58,360 nt of DNA, taken from contig CAYJWN010000001.1 in assembly GCA_964373835.1 (NCBI GenBank), positions 1 through 58,360 of the forward strand, read 5' to 3'. Shown in pieces: positions 1 to 9,850 of the stretch (position 1 is the first letter of the stretch; each line of letters starts with the position of its first letter). Position numbers and translations under genes: made by a program. Origin of the DNA: an uncultured Planctomycetales bacterium. GTDB taxonomy: Bacteria; Omnitrophota; Gorgyraeia; Aquiviventales; Aquiviventaceae. Under the pieces are notes generated by a model that had not been told where the DNA came from, did not search any database, and was given only the letters and a program-made list of their open reading frames with translations.

Positions 1-166
1 TGACTCTAGAGTATAGAGACTGTTCCATCACTTCGTCAACAGGGTACTAGGCATGACGATGCGGAAGGGGGTTCCTATTAGATTTCCCCCGCTCCCGGTA
101 CGGTTCGCGCTGAGATGCGCGCGTCAGCCGCTCACTCATCCAGACCTTCTGTGTCTCGAGACGTAG

Positions 167-1147
167 TCAAATGGCATCCAGATCGGAATCTCCACCGTTG
201 GTTTTCCTGCACCAGACCGTTAACACATCACCACGTCCCACAAGACCCCCAAGTTTCATCAGAGTCATTCGTAGCTGTTGTTCCCAGCGATGGATGTTCA
301 GATTTTCCCGAAACCCTCGAGGGCCTAAATCACCTGTGGTCGCCCTGACAATGTCGAACCCATTGCGCTGACAGAGAAATCGAATCGTGTGCAGGCTATA
401 GCCGTAGCAATGGAAGGGCCAGTGCAGAGGCGAAAGTAACGGAGACCAGTCTCGTTTCCGAATGCGAAAATACATACGGATGGCTTCCAACATGAAGCTC
501 TCCAGATTGGGCACTTCGATAAAGAGAATCCCATCGCTCACCAAGACGCGATGGACCGCTCGGAGCAGCCCATTCGGATCGTCGACGTGTTCCAAGACCA
601 TATTGAGGGTCACCACATCGAAGGAAGCTTGCGGGATCGCGTGGTCGTCCAATGTGGTCCTCCAGATGGGCAGATGGTGTGTGGTGCTCGCGTGCGCCGC
701 CAGCCCCTCAGAGGGCTCGAGGCCCTGCACCTCCCAGCCGCACCGTTTGGCCACAGCCAAAAATTCCCCTTTGCCGGCTCCGACATCCAACAGTCTTCCC
801 TTGCGTCCGATCAACCGCTCGATCGTTTTCAAGGTCTGTTCGAGCGCTCGCCTAGGATTCTCGGCGTAGGGACGATATTCCTCCGCGTCACGATAGCCGT
901 GCGGGCCGTCAGTCTCAGGCAGCAGGATCAACGGATTGGTGTAGACAAACCCACAGTTCCTGCATTTGACCACATTCGTGACCATATGTGGCTCGGCCGG
1001 CGGCAACGGTGATGCCCCACTGTATTCCAGGTTGCCTCGGATTCCCAGCAGCCTGGGACGATCCAACCCGCAGACCCGGCAGGCGATATACGTCACCGTA
1101 TAGGCTCCCTCCGCTGTCGCTATCGCCGCCGTCCCGAGACCATTCAT
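167..1147 (-). CDS. Class I SAM-dependent methyltransferase with N-terminal Cys4 zinc ribbon
   Basis: Motif I LLDVGAGKGEFLAVAKRCGWEVQGLEPS. Zinc ribbon CRVCG...CRNCGFVYTNP. Start moved from the ORF-track 1399 to ATG 1147, which forms an ATGA overlap (1144-1147, read as tcat on the plus strand) with the upstream GT2 stop. Confidence 0.8.
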   Translation of the reverse strand: MNGLGTAAIATAEGAYTVTYIACRVCGLDRPRLLGIRGNLEYSGASPLPPAEPHMVTNVVKCRNCGFVYTNPLILLPETDGPHGYRDAEEYRPYAENPRRALEQTLKTIERLIGRKGRLLDVGAGKGEFLAVAKRCGWEVQGLEPSEGLAAHASTTHHLPIWRTTLDDHAIPQASFDVVTLNMVLEHVDDPNGLLRAVHRVLVSDGILFIEVPNLESFMLEAIRMYFRIRKRDWSPLLSPLHWPFHCYGYSLHTIRFLCQRNGFDIVRATTGDLGPRGFRENLNIHRWEQQLRMTLMKLGGLVGRGDVLTVWCRKTNGGDSDLDAI

Positions 1148-2292
1148 CTCGCAGCGCTCATGCGACCAAACGGCAACTTCACCACATACTGGATCCGGTT
1201 GAGCCACAGCGCCCAGGTGAGACAGAGCCGCCGCACCGAGGGGACAAAACATGGGGACAACAGGTAGCAGAACGGGTAGGAAAGGCTGGCGGCATAGCGC
1301 ATCGCCCCAAGACCTGTTCGCAATGACGCCGTGAAGACCGGAAGGCTCTGCCGGTGCTGATGCAAGACCGCTGAGAAAGCGCGACGACCAAGCCACCACC
1401 GGACGTCCCGCTTCAACGCCGCGTCCTCCTGAGAGGAAAGGCGCAGCGAGGTCCGCATTCTCTCCAACATCTGCTCAAGCGCTCGCACGACGTCCCGCAC
1501 TTCCCGTCGCGTGCTCCGGGCTTCCCAAAATGCCTCACCGCATTGCAAGAGACCACTTACCTGCTCGACCTGCTCGCTGGGGCAAAACGCCGCCACGAGT
1601 GACGCATGAGCCCGACGGACATTGTGCTGCCGAAGGGCATTGCGCTGAACGCTCTGCGACTGTCTGTGCATCCGAGCCATGACGAGCGCTTTTGGGAGGA
1701 CCCGGGCGTCGTGCCGATGGCGAACCAGCCGGCACCACAGCTCAAAGTCCTCGCAGGGAGCAAACGACACGTCATAGCCCCCGGCATCGATCACCACGGC
1801 GCGACGGTACATGACGGTCGGGTGGCCCAATGGAGATGCCGTGGTCAACAACGTTCCCAGAAACGCCCCGAAATTTTCGATCTTGAGCCCCACGATACCG
1901 ACAACCCGCCCGCTGGCTCGAAGCCAGTACATCAAGGTGCCGACTGCGGCGACGTTCGGCTGCGCCTCAAGCAGATTGACTTGCTGGCGCAGGCGGTCAG
2001 GGAGGCAGACATCATCCTGATCCATCCGCGCGACATAGGGTGCCCGTGAGAGCGCCAGGCCTTTGTTGAGCGATGCCGCCTGCCCCACATTCCGCTCGTT
2101 GCACACGAGGCGGATCCGCGGGTCGGCATACCCCTGGAGGCACGCGACGGAGCCATCCGTGCTCGCATCATCGATGATCACGAACTCAAAGTCTGTGAAG
2201 GTTTGGCTCAACACGCTCTCCACGGCCTGTGTCAGATAGGGCAACCCGTTATACACGGTCATCAACACACTGACGCGCGGGGTCCTGGTCAT
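1144..2292 (-). CDS. Family 2 glycosyltransferase
   Basis: VSVLMTVYNGLPYLTQAVESVLSQTFTDFEFVIIDDASTDGS, followed by ARMDQDD (DXD-type). Start set at ATG 2292 (MTRTPRVSVLM), 20 nt after the upstream stop, with GAGG upstream. The ORF-track N-terminal 117 aa is rejected. Confidence 0.8.
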   Translation of the reverse strand: MTRTPRVSVLMTVYNGLPYLTQAVESVLSQTFTDFEFVIIDDASTDGSVACLQGYADPRIRLVCNERNVGQAASLNKGLALSRAPYVARMDQDDVCLPDRLRQQVNLLEAQPNVAAVGTLMYWLRASGRVVGIVGLKIENFGAFLGTLLTTASPLGHPTVMYRRAVVIDAGGYDVSFAPCEDFELWCRLVRHRHDARVLPKALVMARMHRQSQSVQRNALRQHNVRRAHASLVAAFCPSEQVEQVSGLLQCGEAFWEARSTRREVRDVVRALEQMLERMRTSLRLSSQEDAALKRDVRWWLGRRAFSAVLHQHRQSLPVFTASLRTGLGAMRYAASLSYPFCYLLSPCFVPSVRRLCLTWALWLNRIQYVVKLPFGRMSAAR

Positions 2293-2312
2293 GGAGAACG
2301 CCTCGTGAGTGC

Positions 2313-3203
2313 TCAGCGAATCAACTCTGCCGGTGCGAGCTCTGTGCGCACGTATTCGGCGACCGCTTCCTGCCACGGTCGCATGAAATTTAGTCCCAGC
2401 AGGTCCAGTTTCAAGTTGCGCAGGACTTCCGAGCGCGCGCGGGGCGCCGGCAGTGGAAATTCGTCTGAAGAAATCGGCGTCATGGCGACGTCCGGTCGTT
2501 GGAGCGCGTCCCGAACGGCCATCGCGACATCGTATCGAGAGCCGGAGCCTGGATTGGCTATATGGTAGAGGCCGTAATAGCCTGTCGACAGCAGCGTACG
2601 AATCCCCTTCAGCAGATCCTTCGCAAAGGTGGGGCTCCCCCATTTGTCATTCACCACCCGCAACGGATTCTTGCCCTCGAGAATCAGTCGGGTAATCTTG
2701 CCGACAAATTTCTTATCCAGCGGTCCGCCGCCAATCATCCAACTGGCTCGCACGATGTAGTAGCGTGACAGGAGGGACGCAACGATCTGCTCCCCTGCCA
2801 GCTTGGACTGGCCGTAGATGTTGGCGGGCCGCGGCGCATCAAACTCGGTGTACGGGTCTGGTTTATCACCCCAGAAGACGCCGGCCGTACTGATATACAC
2901 GAGGACCGCCCCGGAAGCCTGACACGCCAAGGCGATATTCTGCGTGCCAATCGCGTTCGTATGGTAGGCCCAGTCAGGCTCCTGCTCACAGCGATCCACG
3001 TCAGTCGCAGCCGCCAAATGAAGCACCACTTCGGGCTTCGCGGACGCCACAGCACTCATCACCGCCGAGGGATCACGGACATCAAGGGGCGCGAAGTCCC
3101 CGATCATGTCGGTTAAGAACAGCTCATCATCCACAAACACCTGGGGGACATAGCTGCCCACCATGCCACCCGCCCCTGTCACAAGCATCCGTCGCGCAGC
3201 CAC
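2313..3203 (-). CDS. RmlD-like NAD(P)-dependent sugar-nucleotide 4-ketoreductase (extended SDR)
   Basis: MLVTGAGGMVGSYV Rossmann motif and canonical YGQSKLAGE (YxxxK). GTG start at 3203 lies 4-6 nt after GGAGAGGAGGG. Confidence 0.7.
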   Translation of the reverse strand: MAARRMLVTGAGGMVGSYVPQVFVDDELFLTDMIGDFAPLDVRDPSAVMSAVASAKPEVVLHLAAATDVDRCEQEPDWAYHTNAIGTQNIALACQASGAVLVYISTAGVFWGDKPDPYTEFDAPRPANIYGQSKLAGEQIVASLLSRYYIVRASWMIGGGPLDKKFVGKITRLILEGKNPLRVVNDKWGSPTFAKDLLKGIRTLLSTGYYGLYHIANPGSGSRYDVAMAVRDALQRPDVAMTPISSDEFPLPAPRARSEVLRNLKLDLLGLNFMRPWQEAVAEYVRTELAPAELIR

Positions 3204-3227
3204 CTGGCCCTCCTCTCCTTCACAGAC

Positions 3228-3980
3228 CTATTGGGGTAATACCCCGCAATCGACGTTGAGACATTGGCCGCTGATCGCGCCCGCGGATTCACTCGCCAAA
3301 AAATATACCGCCTCGGCGACGTCCTCGGCTGTCGGCAGGCGCCCGAGCGCGGTCTGCGCTTGCGTGAAGCCCCGGAGGTACTCGTGCACCGCTCCACCCT
3401 GTGCGGGCGACGCCGGCTCGGCTAACGCCTCAAGAAGCTGCTCGGTTTCCACATACACCGGGCATACCGCGTTGACCCGAATGCCCCGAGGGCCGAGCTC
3501 CTTCGCCAAGGCCTGCGTGATTCCGTTCACCGCAAACTTTGCGGCGCAGTAGGCGCTGTTGTTCGCGCTGCCGCGTTTACCGGCCAGACTCGACACATTG
3601 ACAATGCACCCGCCGCGGCCCAACGTCCGTGCTGCTGCTGCACAGCCCCACAACGTGCCCATCACGGTGGTCTCAATGACCTCGGCGGCGAACGCTTCGT
3701 CAATCTCCTCGACCGGGCGCCAGCGGGACACCCCGGCGCAGTTGATGAAGATCCCGAACGAGCCGAAACGTTCCGCGGCCGACGCGGCGAATGCCATGAG
3801 TTCCTCCCGCCGCCGCACATCGACGCGGCCGTGGACGATGTCCGCGGGCAGCGACGCTTCGCGGGGGGAGCGGGAACAGATCGCGACGGCATGCCCCCGG
3901 CGATGGAAGAGCTCCGCGATCGCCAAGCCGATTCCCCGGCTTCCCCCGGTCACCAGCACGCCCGGTTTTGGCTCGCTCAT
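3228..3980 (-). CDS. Classical short-chain dehydrogenase/reductase
   Basis: VLVTGGSRGIGLAIAELF, NAG motif (INCAG), YCAAKFAV (YxxxK). ATG 3980 forms an ATGA overlap with the upstream stop (3977-3980). Confidence 0.75.
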   Translation of the reverse strand: MSEPKPGVLVTGGSRGIGLAIAELFHRRGHAVAICSRSPREASLPADIVHGRVDVRRREELMAFAASAAERFGSFGIFINCAGVSRWRPVEEIDEAFAAEVIETTVMGTLWGCAAAARTLGRGGCIVNVSSLAGKRGSANNSAYCAAKFAVNGITQALAKELGPRGIRVNAVCPVYVETEQLLEALAEPASPAQGGAVHEYLRGFTQAQTALGRLPTAEDVAEAVYFLASESAGAISGQCLNVDCGVLPQ

Positions 3981-4729
3981 ATCGTCATCGCGGTGAACCC
4001 GCCGTCCACGGTCACGATGGAACCGGTCACGAAGCTGGCCGCGTCCGAGGCCAGCCAGAGCACCGCCCCGATCAACTCCTCCGGCCGGCCGAATCGCCCC
4101 ATCGGGGTATGGCTGAGGATCGTTCGCTTGCGCTTGGCATCGATAAAATGCTGGATGCTCCATTCGGTGGGAAAGAACCCGGGACGCAGCGCATTGACGC
4201 GCACCCGGGAGGGCGCCCATTCCCGCCCGAGGTTCTGGGTGAGGTTGGCGATCCCAGCCTTCGCGCACGAGTAGACGAACGCCTTGGACAGGGGTGGCCC
4301 CATAGATACCGAGGCGAAGTTAATGATACTGCCGCTGCGCTGCGCCACCATGGTTTCGCCGAACACCTGGCAGGCGTACAGCGTGCCGACGAGATGCACC
4401 CCGATGATGCGCTGGATCTCTTCGGCGCCGATCTCAAAAAAAGGCGTGGGGGCGTTAACCCCGGCCCCGTTCACCAAGACGTCAACCCGACCGTGCTGCT
4501 TGAGGATGGCCTGCCGGCACCGAAGGAGCTGTGCCTTCGACATCACGTCGCACTGGAGGTAGCCACCGGCGGCTCCGCCGCGACCCCGCGACGCCCGCGC
4601 TTGATCAACGACCACCACGCGCATGGCCGTCTCCCGCATGGCCTGGGCGAGGACCGAGCCAAGATGACCGGCTCCGCCGATGACCACGGCGACCTTATGG
4701 CGCAACTTGAACCGCTCGTCTAACGTCAT
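3977..4729 (-). CDS. Short-chain dehydrogenase/reductase
   Basis: VAVVIGGAGHLGSVLAQAM, NGAG, YSCAKAGIANLTQNLGREWA. ATG 4729 is preceded by GGAGA. Confidence 0.75.
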   Translation of the reverse strand: MTLDERFKLRHKVAVVIGGAGHLGSVLAQAMRETAMRVVVVDQARASRGRGGAAGGYLQCDVMSKAQLLRCRQAILKQHGRVDVLVNGAGVNAPTPFFEIGAEEIQRIIGVHLVGTLYACQVFGETMVAQRSGSIINFASVSMGPPLSKAFVYSCAKAGIANLTQNLGREWAPSRVRVNALRPGFFPTEWSIQHFIDAKRKRTILSHTPMGRFGRPEELIGAVLWLASDAASFVTGSIVTVDGGFTAMTI

Positions 4730-4776
4730 CGTGAGAGGTCTCCGGCTGCTGACGCGCCGCGCGGCGCAAAGGCGGC

Positions 4777-5802
4777 TCAGTCTGCCTGGAGACCAACAAG
4801 GGCTCGTGGCTCGGCATCCGCTCGACGTCGCTCCTGTCCCTGGTCGCGCTGGGCACTCGTCCACTGGATCGTTCGGCGCAGGCCCTCGTCAAAAGCCACC
4901 CGCGGGTGCCAGCCGAGCACCGCCCCGGCCTTTGAGGGGTCGCAGCACAGGCGCCAGGCTTCGTCCCGCCGTCCCTCAATCGCATTGACGCGGATCACCG
5001 CGCGACTGCCCATGAGGCGCCGAATGCGCTTCACGATTGCCAGCACCGAATAGTCTCGACCGCTGCCGATGTTGAAGGTCTCCCCGATGGCGCGCGGGTG
5101 CCCCGCGGCCCGAAGGCAGGCTTCCACCATATCCTCCACGTACGTGTAGTCTCTGGTCTGCCGCCCCGAGGTGATCTCGATATCCCGGCCTTCGAGAATC
5201 GCGCGGATCGTCGAGGGGATCAGCCGGTCGGGCCGCTCGTGGGGACCGAAGAACGTAAACAGCCTCAGGCTCACCGCCGGCAGACCGTGCCGCCGAGAGA
5301 AGAGGTCGGCCAGGTGTCCGGCGGCCGCCTTCGAGACCGCGTATTCGTTGAGCGGCCTGAGCGGATGGCGCTCCGAGAGCCGCGTCCGCTGGCTGCCATA
5401 CTCGAAGCAGGTGCCGGTGTGCACCACCCGCTCGACCCGCGATCCGATGAGCGACTCCAACAGATAGAGCGTGCCGAGCACGTTCGTTCCAAAGAGCAGC
5501 GACGGATCTGTGATGCGCGGATCGACACCGCAGGCTCCCAGGTGAAACACAATGTGCGGCTGCGTGCGTTCCACCGCCCGATGGATGTCCTGCCGGCTGC
5601 CCAAATCGCCGCGGACAACCTCCAGCCGGTCGGCACAGTCGTCCAGTGTAGCCAGGCTGGAGGAGGTGCGGCCCAGGACGACGACCTGCGCTCCCAGTTC
5701 GACCAGCTTTCTGACGAGGTGAGATCCCAGGAATCCCGTCCCTCCGGTCACAAGGACGCGTTTGTCGTGCATCGCGGCGGACTCGACCTCAGACGCGCTC
5801 AT
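4777..5802 (-). CDS. NAD-dependent sugar-nucleotide epimerase/dehydratase (extended SDR)
   Basis: VLVTGGTGFLGSHLVRKLVELGAQVVVLGR and YAVSKAAAGHL. Start is ambiguous: ATG 5802 overlaps the upstream stop by 14 nt, and ATG 5772 is the alternative. Confidence 0.7.
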   Translation of the reverse strand: MSASEVESAAMHDKRVLVTGGTGFLGSHLVRKLVELGAQVVVLGRTSSSLATLDDCADRLEVVRGDLGSRQDIHRAVERTQPHIVFHLGACGVDPRITDPSLLFGTNVLGTLYLLESLIGSRVERVVHTGTCFEYGSQRTRLSERHPLRPLNEYAVSKAAAGHLADLFSRRHGLPAVSLRLFTFFGPHERPDRLIPSTIRAILEGRDIEITSGRQTRDYTYVEDMVEACLRAAGHPRAIGETFNIGSGRDYSVLAIVKRIRRLMGSRAVIRVNAIEGRRDEAWRLCCDPSKAGAVLGWHPRVAFDEGLRRTIQWTSAQRDQGQERRRADAEPRALVGLQAD

Positions 5803-6568
5803 CAACAGGCTCACCCACAGCTTCCGTCTCCGGAACGGCGCGAGTGCTCCTCGCCTTCTGCGTGGCACCCCGGGCCGCGAGAAACCGCTGGGCGTTTTGA
5901 AGGAATTCAAAGACGGTGCTCAGCCGAACGGCTGACGCACCGCCCCTCCGCCGCAAATAGATGACGGGGACCTCCTTTACCCGCAAGCCGATCCGCTCGG
6001 CCTTGATCATCATCTCCGCATCAATAAACCAGTCGGTGGACACCAGCGCCAGCTGCTCGTAGACCTGCCGGCGCATCAGCTTTGGCATGGCGTTGATGTC
6101 CCGGCAGGAGATCCGAAACAGCCGCTGGAACAACCAGTTGTAGGCCATGCTTTGAATCCGTCGGCCGAGCCCGTCCCCCCGAACCACCCGGTAGGTTTTG
6201 ACGAGATCGTAGTGCCCCGTCGCCATCTCCCGCATGACCTGGACGAGGGCGTCCGGAGCCACCTGCCTATCACCGCACGTGAAGCCGCAGTAAGCCCCCC
6301 GGGCGTGCGCCAGGCCTGTCAGAATCCCGCCGCCGTAGCCCAGGTTGACCGGTGCGCGCACCATCTTGAGCTGCGAGAACTCCCAGGCCAGCCCTTCACA
6401 GATGGCGCCGGTCCGATCCGTCGAGCCATTGACGACGAGGATCAGCTCGTAGCGCCCTGCAAACGCGCCTTCCAACGCCTCGAGCAGCTCCTCCACGCTT
6501 CGCCCCACCACCGCCTCTTCGTTGTACAGGGGGATGACGATGGAAAACTCGGGAACGGATGCGGTCAT
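5789..6568 (-). CDS. GT2 glycosyltransferase, polyprenyl-phosphate sugar synthase-like (DPM1/ArnC-like soluble core)
   Basis: FSIVIPLYNEEAVVGRSVEELL, LVVNGSTDRTG, GDRQV. ATGA overlap with the upstream stop at 6565-6568. Confidence 0.7.
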   Translation of the reverse strand: MTASVPEFSIVIPLYNEEAVVGRSVEELLEALEGAFAGRYELILVVNGSTDRTGAICEGLAWEFSQLKMVRAPVNLGYGGGILTGLAHARGAYCGFTCGDRQVAPDALVQVMREMATGHYDLVKTYRVVRGDGLGRRIQSMAYNWLFQRLFRISCRDINAMPKLMRRQVYEQLALVSTDWFIDAEMMIKAERIGLRVKEVPVIYLRRRGGASAVRLSTVFEFLQNAQRFLAARGATQKARSTRAVPETEAVGEPVDERV

Positions 6569-8811
6569 GTCGCGGTGTGGAGGCCGACGACCTGGGCTGA
6601 GGCATGCTGGGCAAAAAAGGCTCGGAACCGTTCCAGGATGAAGCCGAGCATTTCGTCCGTCAGTCCGGGGTAGACGCCGATGAAGAAGGCGTTCCGCATA
6701 ATGGTGTCCGACTGTGCGAGTTCTCCATGGATGCGGCAGGCGATGTGGCGATAGCCGGGCTGGCGGAGGATATTGCCTCCGAACACCACGCGCGTCTCAA
6801 TCTTGGCGCTCTCCAGCCACTGCACCAGCGCGTCGCGCGAGACGCCCGGCCTGACGGTGATCGGAAACCCGAACCAAGACGGGTTGGCGCGGGGATCCAG
6901 CCGCGGCAGGATGAGCGCGTCCTCGTACGACGCCAGCCCTTCATAGAGGCGGCGGAAATTCCGCCGCCGCGCCTCAACAAATGCCGGCAGGCGATCGAGC
7001 TGGGCCACCCCAATGGCCGCCTGCAGATCCGTCGGCTTGAAGTTGTAGCCAAGGTTGGAGTAGATGTACTTGTGATCATACCCCCGCGGCAGGTCGCCGA
7101 GCTCCCAGCCGAACCGCTTGCCGCAGGTGTTGGATTCTCCGGGCGCGCACCAGCAGTCCCGGCCCCAGTCACGCACGGACCGAACGATCCGTGACAGCCG
7201 GGGCGCGTTGACCACCACCGCGCCGCCCTCCCCGGTCGTGATCTGATGCGCCGGGAAGAAACTCAAGGTGCCCAGTTCGCCGAACGTCCCCACGAGCTGC
7301 CCTCGGAATGTCGCCCCCAAGGCGTCACAACAGTCTTCAACCAAATAGAGGTGATGGCGGCCGGCGATCTCGCCAATGATGTCCAGGTCGCAGGGGTTGC
7401 CCAGCGTGTGCGGGATCATGATGGCCCGCGTCTTGTCGGAGATCGCGTCTTCGATGCGGTGGGGGTTGATGTTGTAGGTCCCCACCTCGCAATCGACGAA
7501 CACGGGGATGAGCCCGCTGTGGACGAGGGGGGCCAGGGTCGTCGGGAACGTGACGGCGGGGGTGATGACTTCGTCGCCCGCCTGAAGGGAGCGCTCCAGC
7601 TGCTTTGACATCAGAGCCAGGATGACCGTGAGGTTCGCGGTGGAACCGGAGTTCACCATGACCACATCGCGAGCGCCGAAAAACCGTCTCATGTTCTGTT
7701 CAAAGACGTCCCCATACGGCCCGAGGGTCAACCAGAAATCCAGCGCACTGTCGGTGAGGTTGACCAGCTCCTCCTCGCCGAACACCCGCCCCGCGTACTG
7801 GATGTGCGTCTGGTACGGGACGAAAGGCTTGGGGGCATGCACGCGCTGATAGTAGCGCCGCACGCTCTCGAGGATCTCCTGCTTCAGTGGATCCTGCGTT
7901 GACGGGTGGCTGCGCTGCGCGAACGTCACGTGGGTGTCGGCCCGCCAGTGTCGGCGAAACCGTTTCAGCGACTCGTTCAGATCGAGCGGTTCCGTCCCAA
8001 GCAGGCGCGTCAACTTCTCGCTCTTCAGCACCCCTCCCGAGCCCGCGGCCCGCGGCGCTCCCTGCGCGTCGGGCACGACCGTGATCCGGGCGGCATCCAA
8101 CGCCATTGCGCTGGCCAGGGCTCGCATCAACGCCGCCTCGGAGAGCCGCTCCTTTCCGATGACGTGCACCGTGCCCTCCACCCCCATGCGGACCAGTCGG
8201 ACGCCGGCTTCCGCCAGGTAGTCCACCAGCGTCGGGTGGCACCACTGGCTGCCGGCTGGTGAGAGGCGCCGGCCCGCCTGGAGCGCCCGCCAGACGGTCA
8301 TCGCGACATTCTCGGAAGCCCGGTCCCAGCCGAACGCCACCGAGGTGCGCACAATGAGATGGCGGGATGCCAGGGTGCGAACCGCCTGTTCCGCCTCCCA
8401 TCGCAGCTGACCGTAACGGCTCACCGGAGCCGGAGGAGCCTCTTCGGAGCAGAGTTCCTTGGCGCCCTCAAACACCCGCTCGGTGGAGTAATACACGAGC
8501 GTGGCGCCGTACCGGGAGGCGGTGCGAGCCGCATGCGCGATGCCGTCCCCGTAGAGCGCCTCGGCTTCCTCAAGAATGGTATCGCCTCCCCGCGTCCGCT
8601 CGCCGGGCGTCCTGACGGCCACGAAGACCACCTCCGGTCTGACCGATCCAACGCACGCGCTCACCGCCCTGGCATCTCTCAAGTCCAGCGGGAGGAGTCC
8701 CGTACCGGCTCGCGAACATCCCGTGCCGGCGACCTGGACGCCGTCCCGCTCCAACGCGCGGACGATGGCGCCGCCGATAAATCCTGACGCCCCAATGACC
8801 AACGCCTTCAC
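6565..8811 (-). CDS. rfbH: Fusion protein: N-terminal RmlD/epimerase-like SDR domain plus C-terminal RfbH/DdhC-type CDP-4-keto-6-deoxyglucose 3-dehydrase (E1)
   Basis: N-terminal domain: VKALVIGASGFIGGAIVRAL, with YGQLR where YxxxK is expected. C-terminal domain: NSGSTANL, FFPAHQITTGEGG (His at the position of the aminotransferase Lys), and Cys spacing C-X57-C-X-C-X7-C (DCC...RDCWCAPGESNTC). Start set to GTG 8811, about 6 nt after GGAGG. The ORF-track first 41 aa are rejected. Confidence 0.8.
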   Translation of the reverse strand: MKALVIGASGFIGGAIVRALERDGVQVAGTGCSRAGTGLLPLDLRDARAVSACVGSVRPEVVFVAVRTPGERTRGGDTILEEAEALYGDGIAHAARTASRYGATLVYYSTERVFEGAKELCSEEAPPAPVSRYGQLRWEAEQAVRTLASRHLIVRTSVAFGWDRASENVAMTVWRALQAGRRLSPAGSQWCHPTLVDYLAEAGVRLVRMGVEGTVHVIGKERLSEAALMRALASAMALDAARITVVPDAQGAPRAAGSGGVLKSEKLTRLLGTEPLDLNESLKRFRRHWRADTHVTFAQRSHPSTQDPLKQEILESVRRYYQRVHAPKPFVPYQTHIQYAGRVFGEEELVNLTDSALDFWLTLGPYGDVFEQNMRRFFGARDVVMVNSGSTANLTVILALMSKQLERSLQAGDEVITPAVTFPTTLAPLVHSGLIPVFVDCEVGTYNINPHRIEDAISDKTRAIMIPHTLGNPCDLDIIGEIAGRHHLYLVEDCCDALGATFRGQLVGTFGELGTLSFFPAHQITTGEGGAVVVNAPRLSRIVRSVRDWGRDCWCAPGESNTCGKRFGWELGDLPRGYDHKYIYSNLGYNFKPTDLQAAIGVAQLDRLPAFVEARRRNFRRLYEGLASYEDALILPRLDPRANPSWFGFPITVRPGVSRDALVQWLESAKIETRVVFGGNILRQPGYRHIACRIHGELAQSDTIMRNAFFIGVYPGLTDEMLGFILERFRAFFAQHASAQVVGLHTAT

Positions 8812-8854
8812 GTCACCCCTCCAGCCTGCACGACGCTGAGAGCCACATCGCGGG

Positions 8855-9850
8855 TCACGCGACCTCCCGCACGCTGCCCAGCAGCGCGGCACGGTACCAT
8901 GCAATGGTGTCCTGGAGCCCGGCCTCCAGGTCAAAGTGGGCCGTCCAGTCGAGGAGCTTGCGCGCCTTCGCCGCGGAGAGGTGCTGCGACCGGATTTCCC
9001 CGGTTGTGTCGTTTCGGATCTCTGGCGGCAGGTGCGCGCACCCCACGAGCCGCTGGATCACCTCCACGACCTCCAGGACGGTCAGAGGCGTTTCCGTGCT
9101 GAAGTTGAACGCTTCACCCCAGAGCCGCTCATCCTCGAGGCGCTCGGCCAGCCGAAGGTAGGCGAGGCTTGCGTCTCGCACGTAGAGGTAGTCTCGCACG
9201 TACTGCCCGTCGCTGCGAATCACCGGCCGCTCGCCAAACAGGAACGCGCGGATGGTCCCCGGTACGAGACGGCTCCAGTTCACATCGCCGCCACCATAGA
9301 CGTTGCCGCACCGGGCGATGGCCACCGGCAGGCCATAGGTGTGGTGATAGGCCTGGGCGAGCAAATCTGCGCAGCTTTTCGACACTTCATACGGATGCCG
9401 GCCTTGGAGCGGCATCGTTTCGGTATAGGGCAGCTGGTCCTGTGCGCCGTACGCTTTGTCGCTGGAAGCAATCACGACCCGTTTGAGGAGGCCGCGGTGC
9501 CTGCGGCAGGCCTCGAGGAGATGGTACGTGCCGCGGATGTTCGCTTCGAAAGTCGCCAGAGGCGCGCGGTGGGCTGCCCCGACAATAGTTTGAGCGCCCA
9601 AGTGAAAGACCGCCTCGACCTCATGCCCGTTGATGGCGCGCTCCACGGCCTCAAAATCTTCCAGCGAACCGTTCACAACCCCCACGTGCTGGATGGCCCC
9701 GCTGCGGTAGAGCTCCGACTGGGGATCCGCGTCGAGCACGAGCGCCACCACCTCAGCGCCCTGCTCGAGCAGGTCCTTCACCAGCCAGGACCCGATGACT
9801 CCCGTCGCTCCCGTGACCAAGACTCGACGCCCGCTCCAAAACGCCGTCAT
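8855..9850 (-). CDS. rfbG: CDP-glucose 4,6-dehydratase
   Basis: [28 protein letters not shown] is a typical RfbG N-terminus; [10 protein letters not shown] (YxxxK). ATGA overlap with the rfbF stop at 9847-9850. Confidence 0.85.
   Translation of the reverse strand: MTAFWSGRRVLVTGATGVIGSWLVKDLLEQGAEVVALVLDADPQSELYRSGAIQHVGVVNGSLEDFEAVERAINGHEVEAVFHLGAQTIVGAAHRAPLATFEANIRGTYHLLEACRRHRGLLKRVVIASSDKAYGAQDQLPYTETMPLQGRHPYEVSKSCADLLAQAYHHTYGLPVAIARCGNVYGGGDVNWSRLVPGTIRAFLFGERPVIRSDGQYVRDYLYVRDASLAYLRLAERLEDERLWGEAFNFSTETPLTVLEVVEVIQRLVGCAHLPPEIRNDTTGEIRSQHLSAAKARKLLDWTAHFDLEAGLQDTIAWYRAALLGSVREVA

Noticed and set aside
61-100. Possible terminator hairpin downstream of the last gene (GGGGG-N14-CCCCC on the transcribed strand)
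   Set aside because: It has only a 5-bp G:C stem with a 14-nt loop and no following U-tract. That is too weak to call. The CTCTAGAG palindrome at 4-11 is likewise uninterpretable alone.
2293-2643. Long N-terminal extensions in many ORF-track entries (for example 1144..2643, 3228..4268, 21592..23514, 41978..43468, 46349..47815, 11637..12767)
   Set aside because: The extensions overlap the 3-prime ends of upstream genes and are R/G/P-rich. They precede an internal ATG/GTG that either forms an ATGA/TAATG overlap with the upstream stop or follows a GGAG-type site. The conserved N-terminal motifs (Rossmann loops, IIPAR, and so on) begin right after that internal start.
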